Source: an uncultured Bifidobacteriaceae bacterium (GTDB lineage: Bacteria; Verrucomicrobiota; Verrucomicrobiia; Limisphaerales; UBA11358). Taken from it: a stretch of DNA of 64,000 nucleotides. Positions 10,101 to 18,109 of the stretch are shown in pieces. The stretch spans positions 46,309-110,308 of the forward strand of contig CAZHIM010000006.1 of the NCBI GenBank assembly GCA_964532525.1. Reading direction: 5' to 3'. Under the pieces are notes generated by a model, which was not told where the DNA came from, did no database searches, and was given only the letters and a program-made list of their open reading frames with translations. How positions within the stretch are numbered: position 1 is the first letter of the stretch; the number at the start of each line of letters is the position of its first letter. The translations under genes and the position numbers were made by a program.

Positions 10101-11051
10101 ATCCAGAACGGGGCGGCGTTGACGCCTGGAAATTACGATTTCCCCGCGGTGGCGGGCTCGCTCTTTGACCTGAGCTTCACCAACATCGGCAGTTACAATA
10201 CCGCCAATACCAATGAGCCGCTGACGACGGACGGGTTTTATTCTTATGCGGCGGACGGGCCGGCTTACTTCACCCTGGGCAGTCTGCCGCCAGGCTCGAA
10301 AGTGGCGCTCTATGCGATTTATGCCTGGGATGGCGCGCCCAAGTACGCAGACGTCTTTTTCGGCGGCACCAATGTTCAAATTGTTTACACCACGGACCCC
10401 GGCACGGCTCCGACTTTGAGCAGCTTTACGCGCATTGGAGCGAGCATGGTCGGTTCGAGCGGGACGCTGGGTGGTTATTGGCAGGGACCCGGCGGGCCCA
10501 ACACCGAAGGCCAGGTGGGCGCCATGGTAATCATGATCGGAACCAATACCCCGCCGCGGGCCGTTCCCATGTCCCTGAACGCGACCAACGGTGTGCCGGC
10601 CACGTTGCAGATGGTTGGCAACCCCGCGGGGCCGAGCGACCCGGACGGTGATCCGCTGACCGTGACAGCGGTGCAAAGTCCGACACCCCACGGTGGCTCG
10701 GTGATCAATGGCGGAACCGGCGTCACCTATACGTCCGCGGCCGCGTTTGCCGGCACGGATACGTTCACTTATTCGGTAGGCGACGGCTTTGGTGGATTTG
10801 CCACCAATCTCGTTACGGTTTCCGTGGCGGCCTTCGTGGCCAACAACCCCACGAATATTACCTTCGGCGTCAGCGGCTCCACGCTCAAGCTGGACTGGCC
10901 GGCGGATCATTCGGCGTGGATTCTCCAGGCCCAAACCAACGGTCTCTTGAGCAACAACTGGTTCGACGTGGGCAGCGGCGGCGGGACGAACGCAGCCATC
11001 AGCATCAATCCGTTGAACAAGACGGTGTTCTATCGCCTGCGCCATCCGTGA
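7143..11051 (+). CDS. large secreted repeat protein: 4x unrecognised ~165-aa module alternating with Ig-like (DUF5011-like and I-set-like) domains, cadherin/Ig-like domain, C-terminal FYR-ending module
   Basis: Signal-like N-terminus (MKIKTVSKN...[18 protein letters not shown]). Four internal repeats share FTN(I/V), DGFY, GLPxG, (I/L)YAxYxWDG and EGQ(V/I)G(A/G)MI. The Ig-like units fit PV(L/M)T(L/M)NG...DPG(A/V)TA...YT(L/V)TY...[11 protein letters not shown] at 7143 chosen over the ORF start at 7005. Confidence 0.8.
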   Translation: MKIKTVSKNTSAGSQLCRLGKRAVFSAICGLGLWSSASGQTVLLLDLGSNESAANAPDFTKVGLNNYSWNNGTYYEWDYVAGTSFTLSMTNVGDWSPGSESLASDGFYNLSATGPAYFTLSGLPAGQTVTIYACYGWDGATRGAVMEYGGETNIISNPGTTANPGTATLQNLGRALVDANGSVNGRWYGQTGFDSEGQVGAMIFDVEPCQPVLTLNGANPMIIPINSTFTDPGATAVESCSDTALTVTTTGRVTNTVLGTYTLTYSALADGINNSITRTVNVVSSDFLNLDLAENGSGVPTPAGFNRLNWYGNNMSFAGEQSVAGGAYTVAFTNISGTWSPGGTTLDKDGFYENAGQTAGFSVSGLPTGSLVTLYACWAWDGAANAATITYAGSATTLAVGSGITDPSSTTLQNVGTAVADSSGTVSGTWTGGTHQGQVGGMIFGIQAPVGHSLSVLPPGFTNNCPAAVTFTAAAEAGANLQWYNNLNQPISGATNASLVLTNLHPSASGNFEVVASGAGWSVTNLVPVSIIDVAAPVMTMNGNATMLVPLNSRWVDPGVTAFDVCAGGSLTVSMSGTVDTSAAGEYDLTYSATTGDGVPGSLTRAVIVIDPANLQPDVQVALDFQSLSDYQGTASGFTALQLFDISYGLFGSTSVQDPTGSGLGYTLNFGNISSWDQSPYLGYNDISTAGFYNYGGNPATFSLTGLPTGMQVQIYAVYGWNGPADAAQIIYGGATNQLTTGITTNSPNPPTEADFQLVGSAVVVDGTVSGIWYGPTGPTSEGQIGGMIINLQSVLVHDVAVTPAVTMPLCGSNVTFVASAAGYGPFTYQWYDNHTNLITGATNATYTLANVRATNAGNYTVVVHNLNNAGAATNLVFIEGVSDSGAPVMTLNGLNPANVLVNSGAYVDAGATAYDLCGEAFVPVHSNNAVNVAVVGSYTVTYTATTGNGNPGSITRTVNVVPNQTLDLDFAPTGEVEPAPAGFTKIQNGAALTPGNYDFPAVAGSLFDLSFTNIGSYNTANTNEPLTTDGFYSYAADGPAYFTLGSLPPGSKVALYAIYAWDGAPKYADVFFGGTNVQIVYTTDPGTAPTLSSFTRIGASMVGSSGTLGGYWQGPGGPNTEGQVGAMVIMIGTNTPPRAVPMSLNATNGVPATLQMVGNPAGPSDPDGDPLTVTAVQSPTPHGGSVINGGTGVTYTSAAAFAGTDTFTYSVGDGFGGFATNLVTVSVAAFVANNPTNITFGVSGSTLKLDWPADHSAWILQAQTNGLLSNNWFDVGSGGGTNAAISINPLNKTVFYRLRHP

Positions 11052-11260
11052 TTGGCGGCGGGAGTTTCGCGGATTGCCTTGGAGCCTTTCTGAAAATTGA
11101 AAGGGGGTCGGCGGCCGGGGATTTTGGCTGTGGCCCAGGCGGCAAGAGCCGCCCATCCCCGCAGCGGGCTGGCAGAATCGAGCCAACGCCGGTCACAGCC
11201 AAAAGACCTGCCGCCGGAGAGTTTGCGCGAAGAGCCGGTTTGCCTTTCCATGAACCTGGA

Positions 11261-11358
11261 AAACATTCAACATTCGACAATCAACTTCCAACCCTGAACG
11301 AAGGCAGCAGCGCGAGCCCCTTCGATATTGGGCGTTGAATGTGGAATGTTGAATGTTT
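11261..11358. repeat. inverted repeat (25-nt arms, 48-nt spacer) between convergent genes
   Basis: The left arm is aaacattcaacattcgacaatcaac (11261..11285). The right arm is gttgaatgtggaatgttgaatgttt (11334..11358). The reverse complement of the right arm differs from the left arm at 2 of 25 positions. Confidence 0.7.
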
Positions 11359-11404
11359 CTTTTGCAGTCCAGGGGTTCAATGCGCGAACGCTTTAGGGGA
11401 AATC

Positions 11405-12019
11405 TCACCCCGCCCGGGATAGTTTCCGCCGCAGCCAGGACACCGTCTGCCCGGCGCCGCCATGGCACAGCCAGAGCAGCAGCAAACCCATCGCGCCGCC
11501 CGACGTGTCAATCATCACATCCGTAACCAGCGGCGTCCGGCCCGGCACAAAGATCTGGTGAAACTCATCGCTCGCCGCATAGGCGAAAACCACCGCCAGG
11601 GCCAGCCCCGCCTCCCCCCAACTCCACGGCCGCGGATCATGCCACACCGGCCGGCGGACAGCCCGCCAGAACAGCCAGAACAGCACCGCATATTCGGTGC
11701 AATGGCATGATTTGCGGAAAAGATGATGCAGCACCTCAATCGTCACCATGGACATCCCGGGAAACAGCCAGTGCAGCAACGGCTCAAAGAGCGCCGAAGA
11801 GTGGTGATAAGATTGCCGGTCGGCCGAGGCGGTGAAGACCAGCGACATCCAAATCAATACCGGCAGCCAATAGCGCAGAAAACTGGCGATTGGCTTGGCC
11901 GCATTGGATTGCACGACAGAGATCGGCACGCAATAATGTTGTACCGTATTTGCCCGCCAAAGTCCATCCGCCAGTCGAGAATTCACAGAAATGAAACCTG
12001 GGCGCTCATTCCCCGGCAA
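11405..12019 (-). CDS. VanZ family membrane protein
   Basis: Motifs HLFRKSCHCTEYAVLFWLFW and SDEFHQIFVPGRTPLVTDVMIDTSGGAMGLLL. Start uncertain: TTG at 12019 or in-frame GTG at 11914. Confidence 0.7.
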   Translation of the reverse strand: MPGNERPGFISVNSRLADGLWRANTVQHYCVPISVVQSNAAKPIASFLRYWLPVLIWMSLVFTASADRQSYHHSSALFEPLLHWLFPGMSMVTIEVLHHLFRKSCHCTEYAVLFWLFWRAVRRPVWHDPRPWSWGEAGLALAVVFAYAASDEFHQIFVPGRTPLVTDVMIDTSGGAMGLLLLWLCHGGAGQTVSWLRRKLSRAG

Positions 12020-12254
12020 ACGGGGAATTGTCGCGAAGCGACAGCGGAAATTAGTCCTCTGAGAATGTGGCCCATTCTGCCAGCCGCGAGTTTCAGCCCA
12101 AAGATTTCCGTCTCTAAAATTTCGCGTAAATTCGAAATTCGCGTCACAATTTCCCTATCCCTCAACACCTTACGCATTTTCCGTTAGCCGCTAACTTTGT
12201 GAATCCGCCGCCAAACCATCCCGGCAACGGGGAACGGCGACGGCGCATCCTCAT

Positions 12255-12600
12255 AGCGCGGAGCGTCATGGACCGCGGCTGTGTCCCGCGCGGCGCGGGA
12301 TCAGCCGCAGCGCGTCGGGCCCGCAAGCCGTGTTGAGTATCTCCGACGCGGTCATTCCTGCGAAGCTGCTGCGGCTGGTCTGCGACACAGCCGCGGTCCG
12401 GGCGCGGGGCGTCATGCACTGCGGCGGGAAGCGCCACGCCGCTTTCGCTCGGACAACCGTGCTCAAAAGCTCGCCGCTCGCGCGTGCGGGCGAAAGCGCC
12501 GTCGCCGCTTCGCTTTGCCGGCGCAGTCCAAGACGCGACCGGGTTGGCCGGGCGCGTCGGAATTGCGCGGAGCGTCATGAACCGCGGCGGCGTGTCACCG
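12255..12600. repeat. composite of interspersed GC-rich repeat units (family A long hairpin, family B unit, partial second A)
   Basis: Family A arms: ggaccgcggctgtgtc (near 12270) and gacacagccgcggtcc (near 12385) are exact reverse complements. gcggagcgtcatg(g/a)accgcggc recurs at 12259 and 12568. Family B at 12430..12568 matches 4030..4168 inverted. Confidence 0.75.
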
Positions 12601-12698
12601 CTTTCCCACACGATGGGCTTCCATCCTTCCTGCTCAATGCCCCGGTTTCCGCACTTTTTGCTTTTGCCCGCGCGGATTTGCCGTTTCAATTCCCCGCC

Positions 12699-14780
12699 AT
12701 GCCGCACGAATATGTTTTGAAACCGTTCACACCGGAAGTCCGGCTGAACATTGACTATCCGCGCGAGCTCAACGAACAGCAGTTGGCCGCCGTCACGGCC
12801 GCGCCCGGACCGGCCCTCGTCATCGCCGGCGCCGGCTCCGGCAAGACCCGCACCCTCACCTACCGCGTGGCCTACCTGCTGGAACAGGGCATCCCCGCCG
12901 ACCGCATCCTCCTGCTCACCTTCACCAACAAGGCCGCCGGCGAAATGATGCGCCGCGTCAGCGACCTCCTGGGCCACGAACTCCGCGCCCTCTGGGGCGG
13001 CACCTTCCATTCCATCGGCGCCCGCATCCTCCGCCTCCATGCGGACACCCTCGGCTATCGCCGCGATTTCACCATCCTCGACCGTGACGACGCCAAGGAC
13101 CTCATCAAGGCCTGCATCACCGACGCCAAAATCGTGACCAAGGGCACCCACTTCCCCAAGCTCGACGTTCTGAACGAGATCTTTTCCCTCGCCGGCAACA
13201 CCCACACGAGCATCCAAGATCTGCTCGCCGGGCAATTCGAATTCTGCTCCGAGTTCGCCGACCAGATCGCCGCCCTGGCCCGGGCCTATACCGCCCGCAA
13301 ACGCGCCACCAACGCCATGGATTTCGACGATCTCCTCGTGCTCTGGCTCAAGCTGCTGCAGGACCATCCCGAAATCTGCGAGCATTACCAGCGGCGTTTC
13401 CAGTTCATCCTCGTGGACGAATACCAGGACACCAACAAGCTCCAGGGCGACCTGATTGATCTCCTCGCCGCCCGCCACCACAACGTGACCGTGGTGGGCG
13501 ACGACGCGCAGAGCATCTACGCCTGGCGCGGCGCCAATTTCGCCAACATCCTCAACTTCCCCAAGCGCTACCCCGGCGCGCGGGTCTTCAAGATCGAAAC
13601 CAATTACCGCAGTACGCCCGAGATCCTCGAGGTGGCCAACGCCGCCATCGCCGCCAACGTCAAGCAGTTCGCCAAGGCGTTGGCCCCCGCCCGCAAATCC
13701 GGCCTCAAGCCCGCCCTCGTGCAATGCCACGACGCCGGCCAGCAGGCCGCCTTCATCGCCCAGCGCGCCCTCGAACTCCGGGACGAAGGCACCAGCCTCA
13801 ACCACATCGCCGTGCTCTATCGCTCCCACTTTCACGCGCTCGAACTCCAGCTCGAGCTCACCCGCCAGCAGATCCCCTTCTCCATCACCAGCGGCATTCG
13901 CTTCTTCGAGCAGGCCCACATCAAGGACGCCACCGCCTATCTCAAGTTCGTGGCCAACCCGCGCGACGAAGTCGCCTTCAAGCGCCTCGTCCAGATCCTC
14001 CCCGGCGTGGCCGCCAAGGGCGCCGACAAGTTGTGGAAAAATTTCAGTCTCCAATTCGCTGACGCCCTCAAGCGCGCCGGCGCCGAACCGGACCAGCCCA
14101 ACGCCGCCGCCGCGGCTCCCGGCGCGCCGGCCGCCGCCAGCCCCGAGCGCCGCCTCAAATGGCCCATCGCCGCCGCGCTCCAGGCCGCCATCGCCGCCGT
14201 CCCCAAAAAGGCTCTCACCGATTGGGCGCAATTCTCCGCCACCATTTCCCAACTGGAGGAAACCGAGGTCCGCCAGAGCCCCGCAAAAATGCTGCGTCTC
14301 ATCCTGGACGCCGGCTACAAGGAATATCTCCAGGAAACCTACGACAACCACGAGCGCCGCCTGAACGACATCCAGGAACTCGCCGAGTTCGCCTTCCAAT
14401 TCGGCAACGTCGAGGATTTCCTCACCCAGCTCGCCCTGCTCACCAATGTCGAGGCCGAGGAGGATCCGAAGGACGACACCGAACGCATCCATCTCTCCAC
14501 CATTCACCAGGCCAAGGGCCTCGAGTTCGACGTGGTCTTCGTGATCATGCTCTGCGACGGCATGTTTCCCTCCGGCCGTTCCACCGAAAGCCCCGATGGC
14601 GAGGAGGAGGAGCGGCGGCTGTTCTATGTGGCGATCACCCGGGCGAAAAACGAGTTATACCTGAGTTACCCGATGGTGCGCGGCGGCTTCGGCGCCTCCG
14701 GCGTGGACGCGTATCAATCACCGTCGCGCTTCCTGGCGGAAATCCCCGAAGCACTGGTAAACAAATGGACTTTGCGTTAG
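12699..14780 (+). CDS. UvrD/PcrA/Rep-family ATP-dependent DNA helicase
   Basis: LNEQQLAAV...VIAGAGSGKTRTLTYRVAYLL (Walker A), ILVDEYQDTN, VVGDDAQSIYAWRGA, NYRS, STIHQAKGLEFDVVF, RLFYVAITRAK. ATG at 12699 chosen because the upstream part of the ORF lies in repeats. Confidence 0.9.
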   Translation: MPHEYVLKPFTPEVRLNIDYPRELNEQQLAAVTAAPGPALVIAGAGSGKTRTLTYRVAYLLEQGIPADRILLLTFTNKAAGEMMRRVSDLLGHELRALWGGTFHSIGARILRLHADTLGYRRDFTILDRDDAKDLIKACITDAKIVTKGTHFPKLDVLNEIFSLAGNTHTSIQDLLAGQFEFCSEFADQIAALARAYTARKRATNAMDFDDLLVLWLKLLQDHPEICEHYQRRFQFILVDEYQDTNKLQGDLIDLLAARHHNVTVVGDDAQSIYAWRGANFANILNFPKRYPGARVFKIETNYRSTPEILEVANAAIAANVKQFAKALAPARKSGLKPALVQCHDAGQQAAFIAQRALELRDEGTSLNHIAVLYRSHFHALELQLELTRQQIPFSITSGIRFFEQAHIKDATAYLKFVANPRDEVAFKRLVQILPGVAAKGADKLWKNFSLQFADALKRAGAEPDQPNAAAAAPGAPAAASPERRLKWPIAAALQAAIAAVPKKALTDWAQFSATISQLEETEVRQSPAKMLRLILDAGYKEYLQETYDNHERRLNDIQELAEFAFQFGNVEDFLTQLALLTNVEAEEDPKDDTERIHLSTIHQAKGLEFDVVFVIMLCDGMFPSGRSTESPDGEEEERRLFYVAITRAKNELYLSYPMVRGGFGASGVDAYQSPSRFLAEIPEALVNKWTLR

Positions 14781-14832
14781 CAGCCTGGTGGCATGGCCAC
14801 CGTGCCAGCCGAACCGGGCGATTCAAAAATGT

Positions 14833-15267
14833 TTATTTCGCCGCCTGCCGTATGACCCATCCAAATTTCAGATTCATCCAGAAATTCCACAGGCTGGCCA
14901 CAAATATGGCGACCATGTTTGCCAGATAAATATTCAGATGCAGAAAATGAACCTGACCATCCAGCAGCAAAACGCTGATGCCAATCCCGGCCAGGCAAAT
15001 GAGGTTGAACCGGCCAAAGCGCCGTGTCCGCTCGCCCCAACCATTTTGCCGCGCGGCAATATCTTGAAAAGTCCAGCGGTCGTTCCAGATGAAGTTGTTT
15101 GCAATGGCGGTTTCGGCGGCGAACATTTTGCTCACGGTCAGCGCCCATCCGAGCATTCTGGGGTCGGCCAGCAAAAACAGCATCCCCATGTCCACCACCA
15201 CGCCGCTGGCACCCACCAGGCCAAAGCGGATGAGTCGTTTGCAGGTCTGGAGGTGTGAAGGCTTCAC
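14833..15267 (-). CDS. GtrA family membrane protein
   Basis: 144 aa with RFGLVGASGVVVDMGMLFLL and AIANNFIWNDRWTF, the usual GtrA-like pattern. Confidence 0.75.
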   Translation of the reverse strand: MKPSHLQTCKRLIRFGLVGASGVVVDMGMLFLLADPRMLGWALTVSKMFAAETAIANNFIWNDRWTFQDIAARQNGWGERTRRFGRFNLICLAGIGISVLLLDGQVHFLHLNIYLANMVAIFVASLWNFWMNLKFGWVIRQAAK

Positions 15268-15464
15268 GTCAATTTGTGCCCTGCGTGTGTTCCCAGCGCT
15301 TTAGGCAGCCGTGCCCGGTCCTGCCGCATGTCCGATGATTTGATCATTGATGCTCCATATTTGGACCAAGCAGGTTTTACAGGATGGATGGTCCTTGTCA
15401 AATATCTTTGCATACGCAAAGGCGTCTTGATTCCATAGTTCATTTCCAGCAGCATTCGGCAGCC

Positions 15465-17486
15465 ATGTCCCCGCTCCCGCTCTCCAAAAACCAACTGCGC
15501 GGTATGATCTGCCTGATGCTGGCGGTGGGCACCTTGGTTCTCTACTGGCCGATGACTCATCATGATTTCATCAACGTTGATGATCCGCGTTTTGTCCTTC
15601 AAAACCCGCATGTGCAGGGCGGTTTCACCTGGCAGTCGTTCGTCTGGGCTTTTAAAAGTTTATACGTCGAGACCTGGCAGCCAGTGACCTGGTTCACGCA
15701 CATGTTTGACTGCCAGATGTATGGGCTGAAAGCCGGTGGGCATCATCTGACCAGCCTCCTGTTTCACCTGGCCAGTTCATTGCTCCTGTTCCTCTGGCTG
15801 GACAATCTCACGAGGGCCACCGGACGCAGCGCCTTGGTGGCGGCTTTATTTGCCTGGCATCCGCTCCATGTCGAATCCGTCGCGTGGATCTGTGAGCGCA
15901 AGGACATGGTGAGCGCATTTTTCTGGCTGCTGGCTTTGCTGGCCTACGCCCGTTATGCGAGGAAACCGGGCGCGGGAGGCTATCTGCTGGTCCTGGGATT
16001 GTTCGCGATGGGGCTGATGTCCAAACCCATGGTGGTAACCTTGCCCTGTGTTTTGCTCCTGCTCGATTTCTGGCCTTTGAACCGGTTTGGGCTGATACGG
16101 ACTGCGGACGAGGAGAAAACCCCAAGACCGGATGCGGTCCCGAATCCGGCGGCAAACATCAATTTCCCAGCCCTGGTTCGAAAAACCATCGCTTTGACCA
16201 TCGAGAAAATTCCGTTTTTCGTCCTCGGCTTGGCGATGACCATGGCCACCATTTACGCGGAAAAGGCCGGTGGCACGCTGGTATCGCTTGCCAGCCTGCC
16301 GCTCCGCACCCGCGTGGCCAACGCGCTGATGAGCTACCAAAGTTATCTGACCGAGACGTTCTGGCCGGCCGGTCTGGCTTTTTTTTATCCCTACTCGTCC
16401 GATCTCCCGCTGGCTTTGGTTCTCGGCGCGGCGCTGTTGCTGCTGATCTGGACGGGCCTGTTTGCCATGCGCGCCCGCCAGCAACCGTACCTGCTGACCG
16501 GATGGCTCTACTTTTTGGGAACGCTGGCTCCAACCATTGGCTTGATTCAATACTGCACGCAATCCAAGGCCGACCGCTACATGTACATCCCCAGCATCGG
16601 ATTGTTTATTGTGATCGTGTGGGGCGTGAACGATCTGTTTGGGCGCTGGCGCGCCGGCCGAAAATTTCTTCCGGTGCTGGGCAGCCTGGCACTCGCCGGC
16701 TGCTTTGCCGTCACCTCCATCCAGCTTTCCTACTGGCAAAACAGCGTCACGCTGTCCGCCCACGCCATTGACGTCACCCGCAACAATTACGTGGCCTACG
16801 AAAGCCTCGGCCGCGCCTTCTATGAACGCGGCGACAAAACCAAGGCGTACGCCTGTTACGCCCAATCCATCAAGCTCGAACCGGACTTTCCCCAGTCCCA
16901 ATACAATTACGCCCTGCTCCTGCGCGAATTCGGCCGCCTCCCCGAGGCCGCCGAACACTTCGCCGCCACCGTCAAACTCGTCCCCGACCGTTACGAAGCC
17001 CGCACCGCGCTCGGCTCCACCCTCCTGTTGATGCCCGGCCGGCCGGCTGAAGCCGCCGCCCAATTCGCCGCCGCCGTCCGCCTGAAGCCCGACTCCGCCG
17101 AAGCCCATCACGGCCTCGCCCTGGCCCTCGCCCGCCAAGGCGACCTCACCAACGCCCTCCCCGAATTCGCCGCCGCCGCCCGCCTGGCCCCCACCGATCC
17201 GAATATGTGCTTCGATCTCGGCCTCACGCTGCTCAACACCCGGCAGCCCAAAGCCGCCGCCGCCGAATTCACCGCGGAACTCCAGCTCGCACCCAACGAA
17301 ACCCGGGCCCATTTCCGGCTCGCCCAAGCGCTGGAACAGCAAAACCAGTTCGCCGGCGCCCTTGCCCATTATCAGGCCGCCTTGAACCTCACCACCAATT
17401 TCCCCGAAGCCGCCGCCGCCCTCGCCCGGATCCGCGCCGCCCATCCCGATTTGCCGCCGCGCGATCCGCTCGACATCCCCCGCTGA
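15465..17486 (+). CDS. TMTC/PMT-like membrane glycosyltransferase fused to C-terminal TPR repeats
   Basis: Polytopic N-terminus with the DDP...N motif (FINVDDPRFVLQNPHV) and GGHHLTSLLFH, then multiple TPR units (AEAHHGLALALARQGDL, ARTALGSTLL). Divergent from the GtrA gene. Confidence 0.7.
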   Translation: MSPLPLSKNQLRGMICLMLAVGTLVLYWPMTHHDFINVDDPRFVLQNPHVQGGFTWQSFVWAFKSLYVETWQPVTWFTHMFDCQMYGLKAGGHHLTSLLFHLASSLLLFLWLDNLTRATGRSALVAALFAWHPLHVESVAWICERKDMVSAFFWLLALLAYARYARKPGAGGYLLVLGLFAMGLMSKPMVVTLPCVLLLLDFWPLNRFGLIRTADEEKTPRPDAVPNPAANINFPALVRKTIALTIEKIPFFVLGLAMTMATIYAEKAGGTLVSLASLPLRTRVANALMSYQSYLTETFWPAGLAFFYPYSSDLPLALVLGAALLLLIWTGLFAMRARQQPYLLTGWLYFLGTLAPTIGLIQYCTQSKADRYMYIPSIGLFIVIVWGVNDLFGRWRAGRKFLPVLGSLALAGCFAVTSIQLSYWQNSVTLSAHAIDVTRNNYVAYESLGRAFYERGDKTKAYACYAQSIKLEPDFPQSQYNYALLLREFGRLPEAAEHFAATVKLVPDRYEARTALGSTLLLMPGRPAEAAAQFAAAVRLKPDSAEAHHGLALALARQGDLTNALPEFAAAARLAPTDPNMCFDLGLTLLNTRQPKAAAAEFTAELQLAPNETRAHFRLAQALEQQNQFAGALAHYQAALNLTTNFPEAAAALARIRAAHPDLPPRDPLDIPR

Positions 17487-17506
17487 TTCTGAAAGACTGC
17501 GCGCCC

Positions 17507-18109
17507 GTGAAACAGTCAATTGTCACCTTGGACATGGAAGGCGTGCTGACGCCCGAAATCTGGATCGCCGTCGCCGAAAAGACCCGGATTCCCGAGCTCC
17601 GCCGCACCACCCGCGACGAGCCGGACTACGACAAGCTCATGCGCGGCCGGCTCGCCATCCTCGATCAGCACGGCATCAAGCTTTCCGAGATTCAGAACGT
17701 CATCGGCTCCCTCCGTCCGCTGCCCGGCGCCAAGGAATTCCTCGACCAGCTCCGTTCGCTCGTCCAGGTCATCATCCTCTCCGACACCTTCGAGCAATTC
17801 GCCGCGCCGCTGCTGCGCCAGTTGAATTATCCCACGCTCCTCTGCCACCGGCTCGTCGTGGAAAACGACCGCATCGTCAATTACCAGCTCCGCCTCCCCG
17901 AACAAAAGCGCGAGGCCGTGGCCGCCTTCCGCCGCCTGAATTACCACGTCATCTCCGCCGGCGATTCCTACAACGACACCGCCATGCTCAAGGCAGCCAA
18001 CGTCGGCTTCCTCATCCACGCGCCGGACAACGTGAAAAAAGAGTTTCCCCAGTTCCCCGCCGTGGAGTCCCACGCCGAATTGCTCAAGCTCATCCAAGGA
18101 GCCCTGTAA
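17507..18109 (+). CDS. thrH: phosphoserine phosphatase / homoserine phosphotransferase ThrH (HAD family)
   Basis: Colinear with Pseudomonas ThrH as I remember it: LDMEGVLTPEIWIAVAEKT, TTRDEPDYDKLM, VIILSDTFEQFAAPLLRQLNYPTLLCH, AGDSYNDTAML, EFPQFPAV. GTG start at 17507 fits the ThrH N-terminus. Confidence 0.8.
   Translation: MKQSIVTLDMEGVLTPEIWIAVAEKTRIPELRRTTRDEPDYDKLMRGRLAILDQHGIKLSEIQNVIGSLRPLPGAKEFLDQLRSLVQVIILSDTFEQFAAPLLRQLNYPTLLCHRLVVENDRIVNYQLRLPEQKREAVAAFRRLNYHVISAGDSYNDTAMLKAANVGFLIHAPDNVKKEFPQFPAVESHAELLKLIQGAL

Noticed and set aside
12162-14507. 781-aa minus-strand ORF
   Set aside because: It is antisense to the motif-supported UvrD/PcrA-family helicase. Its translation is low-complexity Gly/Glu/Ala/Leu-rich (GELGEEILDVAELEGELGEF) with no recognisable motifs. 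This is the usual shadow ORF of a high-GC gene.
15846-17519. 557-aa minus-strand ORF
   Set aside because: It is antisense to the TMTC-like TPR gene. It is Gly-rich and low-complexity, so it is a shadow ORF.
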